Shown here: piece after piece, positions 29,742 to 43,049 of the stretch
Position numbering within the stretch: position 1 is the first letter of the stretch
Layout: each line of letters begins with the position of its first letter
Source: Sarea resinae
Taxonomy: Eukaryota
Direction: 5' to 3'
NCBI GenBank assembly: GCA_026026165.1
Contig: JAPEUD010000067.1
Coordinates: 62,001 to 126,000, forward strand
Length of the DNA stretch: 64,000 nt
The notes under the pieces: generated by a model
Databases searched by the model: none
What the model was told of the DNA's origin: nothing
What the model saw: only the letters and a program-made list of their open reading frames with translations
Made by a program: the position numbers and the translations under genes

Positions 29742-30795
29742 ATGGACAAGGAAAAGTCTGGTCCTCCACGTGTCCAACAAGCTGATGACCTAGAAGATGA
29801 GGCCGGTCAAGTTATAGCAAATGCGCCGGATCCAGACGAAGATGATCTGGACGATCTGGATGGTCAGGACCCAAGTTGCTTCCCTCACTGTACATAACTC
29901 TTACTTGTCTACTAGATCTCCTCGATGAATTTTCTTCCGCGAAATCAGGTCCCCAGCACGGAAGGCGTCCATCCTCGGATCAGGGTCGATCGAATCTCCC
30001 CGCAGATCTCCAGGCCGATCCAGCTCTAGATGGCGATGATGAGTTCTCGAAAGAATTACAGGCTGGTATGGCTGATCTACTTGGCGAAATTGAGAACTCG
30101 CCAGAGATGCAGCAGCAATTCGAGAAGCTTGTGAAGGATTTCGAAGGAGCGCGCGGTTCGGCTCGAACAGATACAGGTGCAGCACCTTCGGAGGGCCCTT
30201 CGAGCAAAATAAAACGGGCAAAGCCGGCCGAGGACACATTCCAGGAAACGATAAAGAAGACCATGGAAAGAATGCAGCAATCCGGAGAGCAAGCCAGTGC
30301 TGCTGCGGCAGAAGGCGATCCCGATGACATACTGGCGCAACTGCTGAATGAGCTACAAAAGGAAGGCGGCGAGGGTGCAGGAAACGAAGAGGATTTTTCC
30401 AAGCTCCTTGCTGGCATGATGGAAGAGTTGACCAACAAAGACATCATATACGAGCCCATGAAGGAGCTTCACGAGAAATTTCCTGCTTGGATGGAGAACA
30501 ACGATGCTACTGTACCTAGCGAAGATTTGATACGATACAAGGAGCAACAACTTTTGGTTGGGGAAATTGTAAGAAAATTTGAGGATGAGGACTATTCAGA
30601 CTCTAAAGCCGCTGATCGAGAATTTATCGTCGAAAGAATCCAGAAGGTATGTTTCGCATTGGTGGGTCCCAAGAGTAATAACTGCTAAGTTTCAAGTAGA
30701 TGCAAGCCGCTGGCTCCCCACCCGCTGACTTGGTAGGTCCTATGAATCCACAGGAAGCTTTGGTGGATTTCGCTTCCGGATGTCCCCAGCAATGA
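29742..30795 (+). CDS. PEX19: Peroxin 19
   Basis: DPDEDDLDDLDDLLDEF (Pex3-binding), TFQETIKKTMERM, LTNKDIIYEPMKEL, MQAAGSPP and C-terminal CaaX CPQQ. Confidence 0.95.
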
Positions 30796-31059
30796 AACAG
30801 AAGAAGTATGTAACAACACCTATACACACGATGTCTTGACTCATTCCTTTCAGTACGAATACAATTGCTGACTGAATCCTATGATTTGATGTGGTAAAGT
30901 CAACCGTGTTTAAATGCCAAGTCGCCAAACGCCTAACAGTCAAATGCATTTCGATGCAAGTGAGCTGGAGATGAACTTTCGAGGGTAAGCTTGAGTGGGT
31001 GAAGAGTACCATCTCATTTGCTTCGACAGAGAATGGTGGCCGAGGTACATTTCAGTGGA

Positions 31060-31877
31060 CTAGCCATTTGACGTATCCATCTTGTGGTCGTCCCCCTGTC
31101 CTAGTGCGCCACTGGTTGAACAGAGATCATCATATCCGGAGTGGCCTTCACTTCGCTCCCCGAGGACTTCCAGAAACAGGTGATCATAGTCTTCTTCGTC
31201 AGATCCATAGTTGGTTGACGTGTTATCATCATGTTCACTATTGTTAGTATCGTTTTCCATGGACGAGCACTGGGCAGCTATTTCGGCATCTTGCTGTTGT
31301 AAGAGAATATCTATGTTCTCGACATCTGCAAGTGTCCGGTCTCAGAAAAATTCACAGAAATCCGCAGAAACATTAAGCGTACCTTGTGGCTGGTGAAATG
31401 AATCAGTCCCAATTTCCATCTCGTCTTGTTCCAGCTCTATGGGTAATTCCCTCGCAACGCGCGCCTGCTCAATTTCCCATCGGCGTAATCTAGACATATA
31501 GTCCAGTTTTAGAAACTAATTTGATGGAATCATATCAGGAGGTAATTCATTTATTGCTAATGGGTTAAGGATTCTCTTTCTCGTACCTGCTCTTCCCGCG
31601 TCTCCCATTTCCTGGTCTCTCTGTCCTCTGCGACTCCCTTCAGGAACAGATTGCGCCGTCTTTCCCGACTCGAATTTGCATCCGGTGAGAAAGGTGTCGA
31701 TTTGATGCATCTCCTTGAAAAAGGAATCGCCGCTTTGGGGGACGAGCGTGGTCGCATGGGTGGTGGTGCTGTGAGGGCAGCGGTCGAATCCGCGGGTTGA
31801 CGTTGCTGATACGATGAACACGATCGCTGTGAAAGACTCTCAGAGGAGCATTGAAAGGGTAGTGTAGCCACAGACAT
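31060..31877 (-). CDS. Hypothetical protein (RRNLFLK motif, acidic C-terminus)
   Basis: Three exons splice in frame: ..RERRRNLFLKGVAEDRETRKWETREEQ|FLKLDY..|..YGSDEEDYDHLFLEVL. Start codon uncertain. Confidence 0.65.
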
Positions 31878-32634
31878 TTGGTAATTCTCCCGTGGTCCTG
31901 ACATCCAAAGAAGACGTATGCACAATGGATGAAGAGGGCATGAATTGTATATGATCGAAGGAGACGCGCGCTGTGAACGCGTTACATCGTGTGAGTGACG
32001 TGCTTGCCAGGGAAAGTGGATTTTTCGTGGTTGTCCCGTGATCTGCTATCTCAGCTTATCGGCACCAGTTGAAGATAGGTAGGTACCAAGGAGTAATATG
32101 TACATGTGCTTGAGGCGCAAGTACTTCGTACGATGGAAGTGTACGGAATATGTTTCCATACCTACCTCAAGTATAAAGCTACCTTTACCTAGGTACCTTA
32201 CCTAGTAGCTTCGGTCCAAGGGTAAACACCTAGTCGTACAGATCATCCACGTACAATAATTTACGTCCAGTCTTCTCATATTATAATCCTTATAATCTCC
32301 GATTTGCAGCCAGTAGATCATGTTGTATTATGAAGTCTCGTTCTATTCCTCGCTATGCTATGCTATACCCAACTCCACTATCACAATTGAGATGCAAATT
32401 TAGATCCTCAAAACACAAGACATTTGTATGTTCTCACCGCTGTTGCACAGACGGTCATTGATCTGACAAAAGAAATTCATTTCAAAAGATGGATGCTCGG
32501 AGATTAATGCACGCCATGCATGACGCTAGAATTATCAGAACAAGACCAATTATGCCCAAAGTACAGTCCACGTAAACAATATGCCGCGGACCATGCCAAA
32601 CCTACTCAGTCGCAGATGCTTTGCCATACGCAGA

Positions 32635-33624
32635 CTAAAAGTTGGACGCGGTATTCACAGGACCAGGCGGATTATGGTACTGGTCGAGAGTCGACTTGAA
32701 CGGACTGCTCCCCCCAACGCTGCTGGTCTTCTCGTGGCCGGAAGGTTGCCCGGATTGCATCAAATCATCGTCCTCCTCTGCGTGTTGCCTTCGTCGACCA
32801 CGGATTCTCCAAGCCACCAAGGCTAAGCCACCTATGATGATCGCGCCTCCAACACCCACCACAACACCGATAATGACTTTCTTCGACTCCGAGCTCAAAC
32901 CGGAACTGTTGGAGCCACCTTTGCTGGAATCCAAGCTGGGTGCATTTGTACCTGTAGCCTTGGAAGAGCCGGTAGTAACAGCCATAAGAGCGCTCGTGGT
33001 GAGTACGTGAGTCATTGTCTTACTACCGCTTGTAGTGACTACTGTAGTGACTACTCGCTGGCTCTCACTGGAGACAGGTGCTGATGTGACTGAAGAACTC
33101 TTTTTCCCATCAGACGATGAAGCTGCATATGAAGAGGTTTGTCGAGACGATGCGGAAGATGCAGCAGCGGATGAGCCGGACTGAGATGTTGCAGCAGCGG
33201 ATGGAGATCGGGAACTGGCGGACGAGGAACCTTGAGATGAAGCAGAGGAAGTGGAAGCAATCATGGATGTAGATGGCGCTGCGGTTGAAGAGCTTGGTAG
33301 AGAGATGCTGGATGAATGTGTGATTGTTGAGGATACTGGTGTGGTTGAGGAAGATGAATGAGTTGAAACGACGGTTGAGCTAGCAGCCTTCGTGCTAACA
33401 GTTGCTGTAGACCGAGCAGACGTTGAGCTTGCAGATGAAGAATCCGCAGCGGAGGAAGAACCTGAATCGGACGTTGACGATGGCGTCTGGCTTGCCGATG
33501 CTCCAGTCCCGACAGCCGCATTCTGACGGCGATGTAAAGCCTCGTCGACATCCGCAGCCGCAACGAGAGACATTCCTATCAAAGCCAGAAAGAGCAAGCC
33601 AGCCAATCTCGAGCTTCGACGCAT
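32635..33624 (-). CDS. Mid2/Mtl1-like cell-wall stress sensor
   Basis: Signal peptide, long Ser/Thr tract, TM KKVIIGVVVGVGGAIIIGGLALVAWR and short tail ending VNTASNF. Confidence 0.85.
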   Translation of the reverse strand: MRRSSRLAGLLFLALIGMSLVAAADVDEALHRRQNAAVGTGASASQTPSSTSDSGSSSAADSSSASSTSARSTATVSTKAASSTVVSTHSSSSTTPVSSTITHSSSISLPSSSTAAPSTSMIASTSSASSQGSSSASSRSPSAAATSQSGSSAAASSASSRQTSSYAASSSDGKKSSSVTSAPVSSESQRVVTTVVTTSGSKTMTHVLTTSALMAVTTGSSKATGTNAPSLDSSKGGSNSSGLSSESKKVIIGVVVGVGGAIIIGGLALVAWRIRGRRRQHAEEDDDLMQSGQPSGHEKTSSVGGSSPFKSTLDQYHNPPGPVNTASNF

Positions 33625-34665
33625 CGTGAATATCATAAGGTCCACGCTTCGATAGCTAGGTATGCTAAGTGGGTGAGGTGATGTATATCAACCGAAGAAA
33701 ATTTTCGGACTTCGCTGATTACCGGTCAGGAACGATCGCTGAGGTGGGTAGGCAGAGGCAAGTGAGTGTATCTCTATCCTCAAACGATAGACAACTTTGA
33801 GAGAATGAGGAAGAGGAAGATAGGTAGGTACGAAAGATTAGTTGTTCTTGAACGAAGGACTATTGACTTGCATGATGAAGAGAGAAGGAAGGGGTGGGAG
33901 AGATCGAGAGCGAGATGGAAGGAGACTGAGGTGGTATTATGAATAGGTGTGCGATGTACGTACCCGGAATACTGCACGAACCCTACTGGCGCAAAACCGT
34001 ATGTACACCTACTATGTACCTAGGCCGTGAAGGTAGCCCTGAAGGTTACAACGCCCCCTTCGTTGCAAATCCGTATGGGAGGTGTCCGAGCAGGGAAGCG
34101 GCCTCTCTAGCTCACCGCACCACCACCCATCTATTTCTTCAAGGTCATTCACAGGTGATGATCCTTGTAGGACGGAGAGACTAAGCAGGCACCTGAGCTG
34201 GAAAGACGGGTGGGCTTGTGCCGAACAAACCACAACACGCCGTTCCAGGAAGGCAGCGACTCTGGCGTCGAGACAGGCACCATGAACCGAGGACCAGAGG
34301 GGCCGAAGGGCACAAATCATTGAACGGCAGATGAGCATGGGTACACATTTACGTTCTAATAATAGCATCTAACGCTTGATTTCCAGCTCGAGGTAGCACG
34401 TACGACTCTATGGTAAAGCAGTATCACATACGAGTAGTACTGTGTACCTACCTAGGTAGTGGAGTGCTCGTAAACGCTCAGCATCAGCAGCCAGTAACGA
34501 TAATAAAAGCCCGGCCTACACTCTTCTTACCTTACTAATATCTAGCTACCTTTAAGACTGCCTTTTTATACCAACTAGATTAAAGAAATAGAAGGAAACT
34601 TATATCCTAAGCTAATAATACTCTAAGCTGCTCTATAAGAAGCAGGTATGTAAGGTGTCTAGGTA

Positions 34666-34833
34666 TCCCCTAACCTGGCAGTGCTGCTTGGTGAGAGACT
34701 CAAAGAGGAAACTTTTATAAGGATAGACCAATAGAATCAGCTGAAGTCCGTCGCTAAATCTCGGTAAGATCTCTCAGTGGCTCGCTGAATTCGGGTTACA
34801 CACAGCAAGCAGCACTCCTGCCAGGTTAGGGGA
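34666..34833. mobile_element. MITE (Tc1/mariner-type, 168 bp)
   Basis: Inverted ends TCCCCTAACCTGGCAGTGCTGCTTG / CAAGCAGCACTCCTGCCAGGTTAGGGGA (3-nt indel), flanked by TA on both sides; no coding capacity. Confidence 0.75.
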
Positions 34834-35323
34834 TACAGAATGGAAATATCTACACGTCTTAATTGAAGCGCAAGATTAGGTAGGCTGTTCTTGAACTCTT
34901 ATGTTTAGTAGTACGTTGGATGCTTCTATAAGGTACCTACTTGACTCTGGAGTAAATACCTTATGCAGCAGTGCAAGTACTCTGGACCTTGAGTTGTTAC
35001 CTGTAGGTACCTGAGGTACTGTACAAATACTAGGCCTTTTCGTACCTGTCGGCTCCTCACTCATGTCGCCTAATCTAACGGAAGTACTTCTACGAGTACA
35101 GAATACCTAGGTACTTTGGCCGGACTCTGTACGCAGAATATACTATGTAGAGCGGTACAGAATACTTTCCTCTCTTATCTCTGATTCCTAATCTTATCAG
35201 CCTTGTTTTTACGGCCCATGGCAATAACTCAGACCGGCGTTTTTTCTTCGGATCTCGCTCCATGTAGGAGTAGATTGTTCTCGCCCCGTGCTCTACGATC
35301 TCCTCAATTGATACGAGAACAAA

Positions 35324-36642
35324 ATGGGTGGATCATCCCATTTGACTTCTCTGATCGCAGTCCTTGAGATCATCAGCTGGGAGGAAGCGCTCTCTGGTAT
35401 TTTCGGATCAATCTCATTGGCGGCGTGGGTGTTTTTGCTGGTACGAGGTCGCAATTTTCCATAAGTAGGAAATGAAGCTCAAGATGAACGCAGGTTCCCC
35501 AACTCGTCGAAAATTACAAGCAAGGAAGTGCGGAGGGTATTTCCTTGGCATTTCTTGTTGTGTGGTTTATTGGAGACATTGCGAACTTTTTTGGGGCCTT
35601 GTGGGCCGGCTTAGGTATGATATTGCGTTCCTATTCTGAGGTAAAAATTTGCTGACCATTCGCACTTTGAGTAGTCCCTACCGTGGTGAGTCTTATAGAT
35701 TATCATCTTTAATGCCTATTGGCGGCTAACAGGAGCTCTGCGCAGACCGCTTTAGCAGTCTACTTCTGCATTGCTGATCTCGTGCTCATCACCCAATGCC
35801 TTTACTACAACTCCAGGAATTCTCGCAAAGCGGAACGGGCATCCTCTAACGCATCGACTAGCCTGCCTCCAAACGATCCTCATCGTCCACTTTTAGAAAG
35901 CATCAGACGAAGCAGTGATGATATCGGAATTGGATCTCGGCGCCGCTCCTCGGCATCTCACTGTCATCGGGATAGTCATGGTTCAAGCCTTCGGAGGGAT
36001 TCACTTTCAAAACTTCTCGAGGAAGAAAGTCCAAGGGCTTCTTGGATAAAGAAGATCGTAACCATCTTCCTTATATGTGCTGCTGGGACTGGAGGGTGGT
36101 TCGTGGCCTGGAAATCAGGTGTCTGGACCCCTACCGAAGATGGTGGTAGGTCAGCCGATGTTGCCTTCGGCGCCCAGATTCTAGGCTATCTGAGTGCTAT
36201 CTGTTATTTAGGGTATGGATCGTCCATCAAGCCTCAATTGCCACATTTCAAGCTGATACTGCCCATCTTATAGGGCTAGAGTTCCTCAGATCATAAAGAA
36301 TCATCGCGAGCGATCTTGTGAAGGTTAGTGATTCTGCAGCGACTATACTATGTGTGCAGTGTTTTCGCTGACTAGATCAGGACTATCTATATTGTTCTTT
36401 ATCTTGTCGCTCATGGGCAACGCGACCTATGGTGCAGGGGTAAGTGTCTGTTGAAAAACTAAGTGAAAACATGCTCACCAGACTAGATCTTATTCCATTC
36501 CACCGCCAAGGATTATGTTGTTACCAATCTTCCTTGGCTGATTGGATCCCTAGGCACCATGGTCGAGGACGTGGTGATATTCATCCAGTTCCATATCTAC
36601 ACCAGTGATTCATCACATGGGAACACTTCGGCCATCGAATGA
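35324..36642 (+). CDS. PQ-loop vacuolar cationic amino-acid transporter (Ypq/PQLC2-like)
   Basis: Two PQ motifs (LLVPQLVENYK, ARVPQIIKN), WFIGDIANF and NLPWLIGSLGT; six introns including an 11-nt exon 35675-35685. Confidence 0.9.
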
Positions 36643-37152
36643 CGCACCATAGAAAGGACCAGTCTGCTCGCAGAAGTGGTAACCGCAGAAGCGCGGCCGT
36701 GGCTTTGTTTACATATCTTTCATTCCTTCGTCTTAGGAAGCCTAAATCAAGATTCAATTGAAAGGGACTTTTTCGGCGTAATACTTGGCCATGCGGCTTT
36801 TACTCGGAATACATCAAATTGATGATTGCCCATCCTTACATCCAGCATGGTCTGAAAAGGCTTGTTAGACTGATTGTTATTAGGCCACTCTGCGAGGTAT
36901 TTGAGACGGCAAGCAATGGCCAGGCTTAATTTTCACAATCGTGTAGCAGACTCTCAAACGAGCTGTATCACTAGGCAAGACCAAATTTACTATCACAATA
37001 TCACCGAATAGGAGCTGGAAAATCCATTGCAGACTTGAAAAAGTTTTGTTTCAGCATGATCCTGAGAAAGTAGCCGAGTGCCATCTGACCGAGGAATAAT
37101 GGTCGGCCCGAGAAGAAAAGCTGGAAATGAATATAGACATATGCGTGACCCT

Positions 37153-37693
37153 CTAGTCGAAAAGTCCGAAGCCCATGTCCTCATCTGACTCCTCCTTCTC
37201 TGTGACGTCGAAGCAAATGTTAATAAATGTCTCTTTAACAGATCGCATGTCGAAATTGTTTCGAAAGGCTCTTCGAAGTATGACGTACCCTCTTCCTTCT
37301 TCTCCTCCGCAGCAGCCTCAGGGGTAGCCTCTACAGCAGCGCCACCGGCAGCAGCGGGTGCAGCAGCGGCACCCCCACCTGATCCAACATTCAGCAGAAG
37401 ATCCTTGACATCCTTGCCCTCCAGAGCCTAAAACTTGAATGTCAGCCCTCGTCGGTCAAATACTGGGTAGGCTCGTTCGGGCGCCACCGTACCTTGGCGA
37501 ACAGAGTTGTCCATATTGGCTCGACATCGACGTTTGCGGCCTTGATGAGGGATTGGAGTTTGTCGGCCTGCCTCGAACTGTCAGTGCGCCGGTCCCTAAA
37601 GCCGAAAAACATGATAGCACATACGGTGATCTCGACGCCGTCATCGGCAAGGATGAGCGCGGCATATGAGGTTGCAAGCTCAGCGGTCGACAT
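37153..37693 (-). CDS. RPP1: 60S acidic ribosomal protein P1
   Basis: [38 protein letters not shown] and C-terminal [13 protein letters not shown]. Confidence 0.97.
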
Positions 37694-38225
37694 TTTGCTG
37701 GCGGTTGATCCTGCAAAGACGTGGGAAGTGGTATTTCGTGATGCTTGGTCGAATATTAGAGATGAACAGGGTTCCACTGGGAGGGCACAATCAATATTGA
37801 GAGATTCGCTTCTGATTGTGCGAGCCCTAGCAGTCCTCTTTGCCGATGCGCAACTTCTCGCTTAATTATCCTTTTGAGTGTACTTCACACAGCCCTAGTA
37901 CCGATTGAGGCTCCAATGGAAACTGTACCTTACGTTGGTCGGAGTAGTGATGTTAGGCTTTCGCTGACATGAGACGTTACTTTTGCCTTTCTGCTTACTA
38001 AAGATTCCGATAAGATCCAGAGTGGAGATACCTACCTACTATTTACCATTGATGTGCCTCGAGCCTTATCTTCGCGCATACTGAAGTACTTCCGAGAGGG
38101 GCTGTACCGGGTAGTCCGTACCTCACATCACATCATAGCACTTGACGATCTCCAATTCCTACCTACTATCTAATTGTCCCTCAATTCGAACCTCACAATC
38201 GATATCTTCAGCCTCTTTCTACAGC

Positions 38226-39982
38226 ATGACCGACTCTCCCGCAGTGCAAGCCCCTGTGGATCCAAGGGAGCAGCCTATCCTCGACCAGACCCTCCGTATC
38301 AGAGACAGTCTCTACCTCCTTAAACAGGACAGGTCGACATATATCAAATCACGAGATGTTATCTCATTGTACGATCAACTCACGGAACAAGTTCAGTCGC
38401 TCAACAGCCTGCGAGCTGATAAGCGATTGCAACAGAGCAGAGGTTCGTAGTCCCAAACTTGAGCATTAAACACCTATCCGTACTTGCATTTCGCCTTCGG
38501 AAGTGGGATGCTGATCTTGGCGCGTCTTCTAGTCGACACTGTTCTGGATGATTGCTTCCAACTCATCTCGCTCTTTTTCCTGACAATCGGGAGAACTCAC
38601 GAAGCTCCTGCTCTGTAGGTCTTTCCAGCTATGAGCAAGCCGATGATAAAAATCGAATTAATGAGTCCACATAGTTACGCGATGACATCAACTATCAGAG
38701 TTCGTGCCTCCGTCCAGCAAGGATGCCATCGTGTATTCGCTAACCTCTCGTAGCGGCTTCTTGATCATCTCAAGGAGGCTGAGGTTTACTCTGCAAAGGA
38801 TCTTGAGTCTATCAGCAGAACATGCGACCACATGGGAGACACTCTACAGCGTTCGAGAGAAACCTATTCACCCGCGCTCCTGACTCTCCTGGAGGCCAGG
38901 CTAGAGGCATGTCAAGCTTTACTCTCGGAACTGTTTCAGTACCTCTCACGTTTGCCGGTGGAATTAATACCTGTGCACGAGAAATTGGTCTCCATCTTGA
39001 GATCAGTGTCCGCGGCAAATACGCGGCAAAAGGTAGTTCAATATCTCATCGGCACCCATGTACTTACAGTCTTTGCTGATTCCGCTATAGTTTCCGGTAT
39101 CAGAAGTGCGTGGTTTTCAGGAGCAACTAAAGGAAATGCAGAACAGCCTTGTCAATGGCAAATTTCGGGCCGAGAATGGCACGCTTCCTGATGAACAGGT
39201 TATCGTGATGAGCCTTCTGGAGAGATGTCTCTTATGGTCGGATATTGTCTTAGAAAGGTTTCAATACGGTGTCCCATATCTTCAGCTTTACATTGACTAA
39301 GGTCATTACAGACAAGGGACGATCGATGACCGGTTCCGAGACACCTATGACAAGTTGATAGATATCCGGAACCAGCTGGAGAAACTTTCACTGACGCAGG
39401 CTTGGTCTTTGCGCGAGACTGATCTCTATAGCTACCAACGCCAACTCGATAGGATTGACGAGTCGCGAGTCAATGGTGATTTCCTTGATGTCGAAGGGAA
39501 ACCGGCAGATCTTCATGCGCAGCGTGTAAGTGCTGAAAGTCTTGATACCAGCAACGTCGCTGATTGATCCAGACGATGTTGTATCTGTTGCGCCGAAGTT
39601 ATTCGTATATCTACGGTCTTTTGATATCTTCCGAGCCAGTCTCCGAAGCGTTGTTGCCTGTGTTCAATCAGCTACAAACCCTTCGAAGATGCCTATACGA
39701 AGTAAAGAAATCGGGTGGTATATCTTCACCGCGGGAATTATATCCGTACAGTATGAAGGTCAGTACCGATGAAACCTGACTTGACTTTTTGATTTTGCTG
39801 TCGCTAAAGTGTCGAAGCTTGCTTCCATCGATAATATGCGCGTGGATGGGAAGTTTTTAGTCGGCTCTGATATTCCCGAGGGACAAGGGAGTATCAATGC
39901 TCTATTGGCAGAATGTTTCGACATTGTCTACGATCTAAGGCTGGCAACTGATACAGAGGAGCATACAGAGCAAGACTCCTAG
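38226..39982 (+). CDS. CUB1: UPF0662 / YPL260W-like conserved fungal protein
   Basis: LLKQDRSTYIKS, LISLFFLTIG, LTQAWSLRETDL, SSEPVSEALLP, RELYPYSMKLASID and IPEGQG; multi-exon. Confidence 0.8.
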
Positions 39983-39989
39983 GCCGGGA

Positions 39990-40770
39990 TCGGGTCTAGG
40001 ATCTTAAGACTTAAGCTCTTCTTCACTGGAGTCCTAGCCGTTTGCTTTGCTGCTATAAGGTTTACTACTGTGTAATGTAATCACCCTTAGAGCTAAATCT
40101 ATACTGTCTATATAATATTTAAATTGATTATAGAGTTATAAGATTTCGTGTAGCTACACTAGTGCGTGTCTTTATACTTGATTACCTTAGTATCTTTACC
40201 TTTTAACATTTAATAGTAAAGAAGTAAAAGCAATTAGTGAGAGATACTAAGAGCAATTAATACTAGTATATATAGAGAACTAGTAGAGAGGTAGTAAATC
40301 CCTCTAGGTAGCACTAGTAGCAGATAGAATTAGAGCTCTAAGTAAAAGTTGCTTGTTTAATTCTATTTACTTACCTAAAGTAGATAGTAAGGTTAGTACT
40401 CTACCTTACCTTAAGGTGTATAAGCTGTACTACTACTAGCTTAGGAGATATCTAGAGCTCTAGCTGTAATAGTTAGAGTATATACTCTAGTGACTAGCTT
40501 GTCTTAGTAGTATAAATTATATAGACACACTATAAATTATACTAACTTTTATACTACCTAAGGTACCTACCTAGGTACCTTAGTATATATTTATAAGGCA
40601 AGCTTAAGACAAATAAGCTGTTAAAGGCATTATATATATCTTAGAATTTAATTAGAAATTTCTACTAGGTAACTTCTTTCTAAGCTTTATTATTACTGTG
40701 TTACTTATCTCTCTTCTCTTTCCTCTTAGATTACGCTCTTAATTCACTCTTAGTAGCCTTTAGGCTAACA
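39990..40770. repeat. Short AT-rich RIP-mutated relic of unknown origin
   Basis: Abrupt drop in GC, TpA excess and CpA/TpG depletion, starting right after the UPF0662 stop. Confidence 0.7.
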
Positions 40771-40941
40771 AATCGGTCACGTGGCCAAGACGTTAGCCGG
40801 ATAGTCAGACTCTTAAATGTGAAGGTATAAACAGACAGCAGGCAAACTCCTTTAACTAGTCGCTAGCCCCTAGTCTTCTGCCACATATTTCATAAGACAG
40901 CGTATCCGACTGCTCCTTTTGCTCTCTAGTCAAAGGAAACC

Positions 40942-42334
40942 ATGGCCAGAGATGTGCCGCGATTTTCAACTTGCTCGGTCGCGAATTGCAAACGGCCTGG
41001 CGTCCGAGGTTCGAGCTGTGGCATCTGCAAGCGACATCTTTGCAAAAAGCATCTGGCACCTTCATTTCATACTTGCAACTTAGATGTATGTCACACCTAA
41101 CATATGTGACAGGACGAAATTGACGGTTGCTATAAAGATATCTGATGCAGCCTGGAAGAAGCAAATTGAAGACGAAGTCGAAGATCTTCTCGCTCAGATT
41201 AATATTCACGAATTGGTCAGTAGAGCTTCGACTCTAAGGGACAACATAGGTTGCAAATTCCAGCCCGGAAAATATATTGGCAATGGAGCCATTATGGGAT
41301 GTGCAAACTACCATGCATGGCTTCATTTTGAGGACGGCGAAAAGTGGCTCGTCAGAATCCCAAGGAAAGGGCTAGGTGACGTTCCAGATGACCTGATTGA
41401 ATATTTCGTTACCAGCGAGTATTCAACTCTCAAATATCTTGGATCCACTCAAGTGCCCGCCCCCAAGGTGTTCGGCTATGGCCTGACTTCCGATCCGTCT
41501 AACCGCGTGGGCGTAAGCTATCTGCTCATGCAAGCTCTACCCGGAAATCCATTTGACCCATATGATGCGACGGCCGAGCAGAAGGACACTGTTTTTAAAC
41601 AGCTAGCCGAGATATTGATTGAGATTCACAAACATCCGGTTCGGAGAGCTGGCTCTCTAGTCTATCGTAATGGACGTTTCGAAGTCATGGCTGCTGCAAG
41701 CAATCGTTTCGTCGCACTAGGCCAGTATGGTCCTTTCGATAATGCGGTTGACTATCTCGTTGGCATCACCGAGAATTATCTGGATCTGATTGCGGATGGC
41801 CAGCTGTACCATGAGTATCCGGAAGATGCTTTTCTCTTCTATGTGACTCTCCGTGACAATGCCTACAAGCTTGTTGGGGACGAGACTCCCGCCAAGTTCT
41901 TCCTGAAACACGTCGATGATAAGGGCGACCATCTCCTCGTGGACGAGAAAGGCAATATAACAGGAATCATCGATTGGCAATTTGCACGATGCGTTCCGGC
42001 GTGCGAAGCTTTTGGCCCTTCATACTTCACTGCCGACTTGAATTGTCTCTACTCGGGCAAGCCTGGAATTACAGGCGATGATAGGCGGCTCGCTCGGGAG
42101 TTGAGGTTGCGAGGCGCAGACCAGCTGGCTGAACATATGGAACGAAACGAGCTTGCTAGGAGGTTTCATCACGGTTTGGCAAGTGGCTTGGCTAAGGATG
42201 AGGCATGCGAGTTGATAAAGGGTGCCTTAGTGGCATTCGGAAGAAACGACACCGTGGACTTGGACATTTGGCGGGAGCAAACACGGAAAAGGTGCGAAAA
42301 CGATCCGCGATGGCAAAGAATCAAGACCCTCTAG
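40942..42334 (+). CDS. AN1-type zinc finger + APH/choline-kinase-like phosphotransferase (copy 1)
   Basis: Exon 40942-41085 encodes C-x4-C-x9-C-x2-C-x4-C-x2-H-x5-H-x-C, followed by intron 41086-41137. Kinase motifs MGCANYH, WLVRIP, FFLKHVDDKGDH and GIIDW. Confidence 0.88.
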
Positions 42335-42791
42335 ACATTGAGCCCCAGCGAATGTGACATGGGTCATAGTATGCGAATATGATCAACTATAAGGTTTGAA
42401 AAGCAGCGACGCAATTACAATGCCAGAATTCTCTTTCTCTCATTTACGTGATATGATACAACGCACTTTTCTCGGATACGTCACAACTTTGGTCCGATGA
42501 TATCAGAGATTCCCGACTGACATGTTTCTTTCTAGATACATTTGAGCACCCCGGATAGCCATCAAAATTGGACAAGTGCGGATTCATGGAACCGAGCGGT
42601 GTGCACAAACAGCTCGTTCAGCGCAGTGTCTAACCCTCCATTGGAGTCGGATGACCCCAAAGCTTATACATCCCGCAAATACCCTGCGTCTGTAAGCTTT
42701 AACTCACATCCACCTCGTCGCGTTTGACAGAGACGACTTGGATCACAGTACCTATGTCAAGGGCCTTCGATGGGATTTGAGGGGGAACGAT

Positions 42792-43049
42792 CTATTTCTG
42801 GTCTGTACGGATATTCACGTCAGCACTTTCGTTCCGAGGATGTCAAAGTCGACCTTGTATTGATGGAAGGGATCTTTCTATAAGGGCGAAAAGAAACCTA
42901 CGGTAACTGCAATAGCGAGATCCAGCAACAGCCCATCTATCGCAGCCAGGCTGGACGCATCTTTGGCTACTAGCAATTTCGTTCACCGGTGGAAGGGTGC
43001 TTTCGATAGCGCCGTTAGCAGGTAGAGGGATGCTGTTGGTCTTGCACAT
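42792..43049 (-). CDS. Putative 52-aa zinc-finger microprotein (C-x4-C-x10-C-x2-H)
   Basis: ACC-ATG at 43049, exon 43049-42902, intron 42901-42803 (GTAGGT..GCTGAC..CAG), exon 42802-42792. Splicing creates the terminal His: ..RCVQPGCDRWAVAGSRYCSYHQK*. Confidence 0.6.

Noticed and set aside
34151..34196. GTGATGA..CTGA with complementary ends (C/D snoRNA-like)
   Set aside because: Only ~45 nt, too short, and no identifiable guide sequence.
37822..37899. Two AGCCCTAG motifs upstream of RPP1 (Tbf1-like ribosomal-protein promoter sites)
   Set aside because: Imperfect match to TAGCCCTAA; cannot be supported from one promoter.
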